DNA of 64,000 nucleotides from Basidiobolus meristosporus CBS 931.73 (Eukaryota; Fungi; Basidiobolomycota): NCBI GenBank assembly GCA_002104905.1, contig MCFE01000058.1, positions 124,001 to 188,000 of the forward strand, read 5' to 3'. Shown piece by piece: positions 59,112 to 64,000 of this stretch (position 1 is its first letter; each line of letters starts with the position of its first letter). The notes under the pieces were generated by a model. It saw only the letters and a program-made list of their open reading frames with translations, ran no database searches and was not told where the DNA came from. The position numbers and the translations under genes were made by a program.

Positions 59112-59780
59112 CTAATAGTCATAATTCTCATAAGGATTCATGGTATACGGAGCTTTGTAGCCATCCTTTGGCATCATGGGCAGCACCACACTACTGCGAA
59201 GTCCATTCTTGATCATGTTCTCGGTAGCAGGGATGATTGTGTTGTACTCAGAGCCAGGGCCATGGGGGATCATGCACACTCGCTCTCCAACACAGTTGGA
59301 CTCGCTGTAAAAGCAATAGATAGCCTCGGTGGGCCAGTATAGGACAAAGCCTCCGTTATTTTCAACAGGGTCGATGTTCGCACACTGCCTAAACTCTGGA
59401 TATGTGATGGGGAAGCCATCCACGCCGCTAGCACCATTGGCTAAAGAGATTGTCGCGGTTGCGGCAACAGTTTCGTTGACATCGTTATCCTCAATGGCCT
59501 TTTGGTTGGAGGGGCTTGTCCAGATCAGAAACTTGGCATCCAGCTCTGTAGCCACCACCCCAGAGAACCATGCGGGATTACAAACTGGAAAGCCGCCGTA
59601 CAGATTCTGCGCCTCTGTGGAGTTGTTGCAAGGAACATCGACAGGATACTCTTGCGCAATCGGTGTGGAAGTCAGGGCAGGGATCTTCCCTGTGAGGTCA
59701 AGAGCAATGCCGATAGGCTTGGCTAAGGCAGAAGTAGCAAGCACGGTCCAAACAGCTAGGTCAGTCAGGCGAAGTTGCAT
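59112..59780 (-). CDS. 222-aa secreted protein, copy 3
   Basis: Differs from copy 2 at one residue (A/T). Confidence 0.85.
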   Translation of the reverse strand: MQLRLTDLAVWTVLATSALAKPIGIALDLTGKIPALTSTPIAQEYPVDVPCNNSTEAQNLYGGFPVCNPAWFSGVVATELDAKFLIWTSPSNQKAIEDNDVNETVAATATISLANGASGVDGFPITYPEFRQCANIDPVENNGGFVLYWPTEAIYCFYSESNCVGERVCMIPHGPGSEYNTIIPATENMIKNGLRSSVVLPMMPKDGYKAPYTMNPYENYDY

Positions 59781-61085
59781 ATTAATCTTGTGGGTTGAGA
59801 TGATCCACAACTACGCGCAAATCACCCATTTTATATCGATGATGCGCTTGCTCCCCTCCATTATCTGACTGATGGCTTATCGCTGTAGAAAATTCCAACC
59901 TTCTTCTGCTACTTACTTGCTAACATTTTTCCACCGCATTTTACCAAACACTGGGTGGTAACAGAATCCTGACTACACCAAGGGCCACACGGAGTTATTC
60001 ACGAAAGTAGAATATTCTCTTACGTTACTCAATTTAGTGATACAGCATTCTAGCTGCCTCCTACCCACCAACTTGGTGGAGTGGTGCTCAAACACTGAGG
60101 CATACCTCACAGTCAATTGATTTACTCAAATGAGGAGATAAATAGAAACCGATATAAAATGCAGGACCAAACGGGGTATATCCTTGCATACATTTCATAT
60201 ATCAACTTGCTCCTACAAAACTAACCCGGTGTGCAAGATACAAATTAGGTGGAAAGTCTGGATTTTGCATAGTCTGTTGGTATGGGTCTCGGGATGAGCG
60301 ATAATATAGCCAATGAAGATTCGTTTGGTAGGTGATGGGATCGAACATTGTAGGCATTGGTGTACCATCTGAATTGCGCATTAGCCTTGGACGCTGCCTT
60401 TCTTGCTTCACGTAATAGATAGGCTCAGTAAGGAGTATGAAAGGCCTCCAAGACTGAGAGCTGACCTTGTTTGGCCTATCACTCCATACTGGGTGATCCT
60501 TTCTATACATCATGACCTAGAATCAAAGTAACCTGCGCCAAGCCAGTGTTCTATTTTAGTTAGGCTTCCATTTCGATTGCCTGTAATCCGTCTATGTGCT
60601 TTGGCTTCTGACGTAATGCGCTGATAAGGGATAAATGCGAGTAGAGAAAGTGATTATCATGGGCATTCTTTATTGCTGATCTATAGTGGCTGCATTGATT
60701 TGCATGAGCAAATGGGGTTAAGGAAATCTGTAGATGCCAAGATCATTACTTATTTTAGATATTGCGGCTGGCCTCTGATCTATATCTTCATTGAGGTGTG
60801 TGGATGCTAAGTAACAGCCAAGTATGCCAGTGGAACAATCGCCAACACGTAAAATTTGTACTTTACCTGCATGAAGTAAAGGTGCCATATATATTTCATT
60901 TTAGTATATTTAAGAATGATTTGATCTCAGATGGTTATGTGCCTGGCCACTAAGATCACTTGTATAAAATATCAATTAGAAAGGTATCAGAGGTATGAGA
61001 ATACCAAGTAAAACTTTGTCAATAAAATGAAGTGTGTTGGGATACTAGGAGTCAACTTGAAGCCAACATTGAGTGTAGACATCAC

Positions 61086-61460
61086 TTAGGGGGGATCAAA
61101 GTCATCAAGCGGTGAAATCTTTATTTACTTATGACAAGTTTTTAAAGAAGCCAAGTTAATCTGAAGTCAAAACTAGAAAGCTAGGTCTGAGAAGTGAGAA
61201 GCTGAGTACATGCGAGATAAGTTGCACTGATTTGCGGTAGCTGATTAGTGGCTGCAATGGCCAGTAGACTGGGGGAACTGAGGGGAATTTCTTGGTGATC
61301 ACTGGCCAGATTTACTAGCCAAATCTGACCAATTAGTATTTCAAGGATTTCAGCCAATTAGAGCCTTTACTTTGCACAATAATTGATTAAGCTATCTCCC
61401 AATGAGCACACATCAATACAAGGATCAAATTGGGTGGATCCAGGATTAGAACCCATATCC
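61086..61460 (-). repeat. Non-Copia repeat (A+B-type fragment), cut by Copia-6
   Basis: Homologous to 63325-63800; begins TTAGGGGGG..AGTCA.CAA..GGTGAAATCTTTATTT. Confidence 0.75.
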
Positions 61461-63316
61461 TGTAGTAAAAATTTGTAATTTCACCTTAATATTCACCTAA
61501 CTTAGTCACTTAGATCATTATCCTCAAATCCTAGAGAATACTGACCAAATTCCTTATTGGGATTTACTTGGAATATTTTCACCAAAATACCATGGTACCC
61601 AGAACATGAAAATTCTCAAAGTTGTCCAAACAGCCCCAAACTTTGCACACATGTTCTTAGGACCTTCCTTAATCTATTCAATGTGTTTGTAATGCCAAGA
61701 CCAGGTAAAAGTATAAATACTACTTTTACATTCAATAGATCATTAGGCGAAAACCACATAATCTACCTGTCCTCCCAATCACTTCCAATATCTCCAAGAC
61801 ACTTACAACAGGTTATGAGCACCAAGCTGTCACTCTCTATAATGTCTTCTACTGCTATTACTGGAACTTTTCCCTCTGCTGAAAAGTTGGATGGACCTAA
61901 CTACCAAGTGTGGAAGGTGAAGAAGAAGATGCTGCTACAAGAAAGAGGCCTTTGGGATATTGTCATGGGAGAAGAATGCCCTCCTAAAAATGTGAGAGAG
62001 GGAGCCTTAAAGTACCAGAAGAAAGAACAAAGTGCCTTTAGCTGTACTTGCCTTAATGTTAAGGACAAATTGCTAATTCAATGCTCAAGAGCAAAAATGG
62101 CAAAGAATGCTTGGAAGGCATTAGAAGACACCTACCAGTCATGCTCAGCTGCTAAGAAAATGTATCTGAGTCAAGAATTCTTTACTACAAAGATGCTGCC
62201 AGGAGAAGAAATGAAAAATCCAATTAACAGAATTACCGTGCTGGTAGATGAAATGGAATCTGCAGGCATACCAGCTTCAGATGAGGATGTGATAGTTATC
62301 ATCCTAAATAGCCTGACAGACAGGTTTCAGGGCCTTGTATCAGCCCCAGAGTCCAGAACTGATGATTTGACCTTAAATTATGTATATGGAAGGCTCCTGG
62401 ATGAAGAATCAAGAAAATCAAGTGCCAATAAGAAAGAAGAAGTGAATGCTTTAATAAGCAATGATAACCAACAAAGGAGGTACCCAAGACCCTAGAAAGG
62501 CAACAGCAACCTGCTTTGCAACTACTGCAAAAGGAAAGGACACACATCAGAACAATGCTTCAAAAAGAAAGAAGTCAGCCAAAAAAGCATGAATATGGAG
62601 ATGCTGCAACAACTGAAGATAGACTATGCATATCTGCACTAAATATGACCACAAACAAGGACTCTCATATGTGGTATATTAACTCTGGAGCATCTGAACA
62701 CTTTACCTACCAAAAAGAACTTTTTACCAAATATCAAGAAATTCCAATTACGATGGTTTTCATGGGTGACAATATAACACTTGATGCAGTGGGAGAAGGA
62801 ACTATCCAAGTAAGCCTAAGAAGCAGTGAAGGAAGCCATACACTGACCTTTAAAGAAGTACTTTATGTGCCAGAAATAGCCAAGAACCTACTATCTGTAA
62901 GCAAGGCCACTGCAGAGGACCCAGTTTCAGCTTTGACAATTCTGCATGCAAGATCACTGATCAAAATGGTGCCCATATTGCTTTGGGTATCAGAGATCAG
63001 AACCTTTACAAGTTGACTTATATTCCATCATATTTGGAGGCCAATTTAAGTAATTTAAATGAAGAAACACCAATGCTTTGGCACAGGAGATTTGGACACA
63101 TCAATATTGATTATTTGTGCAAATGATCAAAGATCAGCTAATTTCTGGAGTAAAAGTTGATCCTCCAGCTAATTTGAAGCACTGTGAAGCCTGTATATAT
63201 GGGAAACAAGCCAGACAACTGTTCAAGAGCTCTGGTCAATCAATACTAAGAAGAAATTAGATCTAATTCACTCAGATCTGTGCAGACCTATGCATAATTT
63301 ATCCTTAGGCGGGATG
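61461..63316 (+). mobile_element. Copia-6: 5' LTR 61461-61810, PBS, gag-PR-start of IN, truncated or interrupted at 63316
   Basis: GGTTATGAGCACC PBS; gag/pol motifs with stops and frameshifts; sequence breaks after CCTTAGGCGGGATG. Confidence 0.92.
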
Positions 63317-64000
63317 GGTTAGGGTTAGGGGGAGGAAAGTCACCAAGTGGTGAAATCTTTATTTACTTATGACAAGTATCTAAAGAAGCCAAGTTAATCT
63401 GAAGTTATTCCTAGAAAGCTAGGTCTGAGAGATATCTTCCTGGTAAGCCAGGTCTGAGAGTTAAGAGACTGAGTGGTACTGTATTTCCTAGTTAGCTAGG
63501 TCTGAGAGAGGTTTCCTGGAAAGCCAGGCCTGAGAAGTGAGAATCTGAATATATCTGAGCTAAGTTATACTGGTTTGCGGTAGCTGAATTGTGGCCGGAA
63601 TGGCCAGTAGACTGGGGGAACTGAGAGGAATTTCTGGGTGATCACTGGCCAAATTTATTAGGCAAATCTGGCCAATTAGCATTTCAAGGATTTCAGCCAA
63701 TCAGAGCCTTTACTTTGCCCGATGGTTGATCAAGCCATCTCCCAATGAGCACACATCAATTTGTTAATCAAATTTTGCTGGATCCAGGATTTGAACCCAC
63801 AACCATGGGTATGGAAGGGTTAGGGATAACCACAAGGCTAAGTGTTCTTGGTTAGGGGGGGAGACAGTCACCAACAGGTGAAATCTTTATTTCAGTTGAA
63901 ACAAAGAAGCCAGCGCTACTGTTGTAGCTTTGATACAAGAGTGTGTAGCTGAGGGGAATTTGTAGGTAAGTTAATAAGAAGTGATGATAGTTCTTCAGTG
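63317..64000 (-). mobile_element. Terminal region of a second retroelement-like repeat with a duplicated terminal block (possible Ngaro/DIRS split direct repeat)
   Basis: Block TTAGGGGG...GGTGAAATCTTTATTT...AAAGAAGCCA at 63325 and 63852, with a ~480-bp segment between them shared with 61086-61460; no coding evidence inside the window. Confidence 0.4.

Larger units (their letters stand above)
51570..61040. repeat. Tandem segmental duplication: three ~3.0-3.3-kb units plus the start of a fourth
   Basis: Blocks at 51570/54595/57783 and 54400/57590/60995 are homologous; each unit carries the same two genes. Confidence 0.88.

Noticed and set aside
1510-61810. Recurrent ~350-bp repeats as a CRISPR or satellite array
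   Set aside because: They are LTRs with PBS, PPT and TSDs; no short repeat-spacer periodicity or cas genes
63317-63331. GGTTAGGGTTAGGG telomere-like repeats (also ~63816)
   Set aside because: Only one or two units, embedded in a dispersed repeat terminus; not a telomeric array
63778-63802. tRNA-like T-arm/B-box (minus GTGGGTTCAAATCC; also ~61437-61457)
   Set aside because: No A-box or cloverleaf could be folded by eye; part of a repeat, not called as tRNA (tRNAscan-SE would settle it)

Overview
Eukaryotic (fungal-looking, spliceosomal introns of ~55-70 nt; probably an early-diverging fungus, which is inference) window with three kinds of territory. (1) AT-rich, almost CpG-free transposon nests at 1-27 kb, 46.4-51.5 kb and 61-64 kb. 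They contain a 4.68-kb Ty1/Copia family (349-bp LTRs; two complete copies with perfect 5-bp TSDs, several truncated), two copies of a two-ORF PHIS/Harbinger-type DNA transposon with AG...CT ends and ANT target duplications (Pangu-like), two copies of a CMC/CACTA-type transposon with a CCCTA terminus, and a possible Ngaro/DIRS-type split repeat. (2) A GC/CpG-rich housekeeping island at 27.4-43 kb: O-fucosyltransferase-family gene, CCDC124/Lso2, alpha/beta hydrolase, BLM10/PA200 and an ACC-synthase-like PLP enzyme. (3) Duplicated secreted-protein families at the island/TE margins: an inverted, partly homogenised pair of 119-aa secreted proteins (28-29.2 kb); three tandem 57-codon genes missed by the ORF track, each encoding signal peptide + propeptide + a 21-aa six-cysteine peptide GCCQWYGCGP(S/D)G(D/N)KCCSYGSC (43.5-46.3 kb, the most interesting find); and three ~3.2-kb tandem units, each with a near-identical 222-aa secreted protein plus a decayed Gly/Asn-rich gene (51.6-61 kb). 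No rRNA, intact tRNA or CRISPR array was recognised. All alignments and counts were done by eye.
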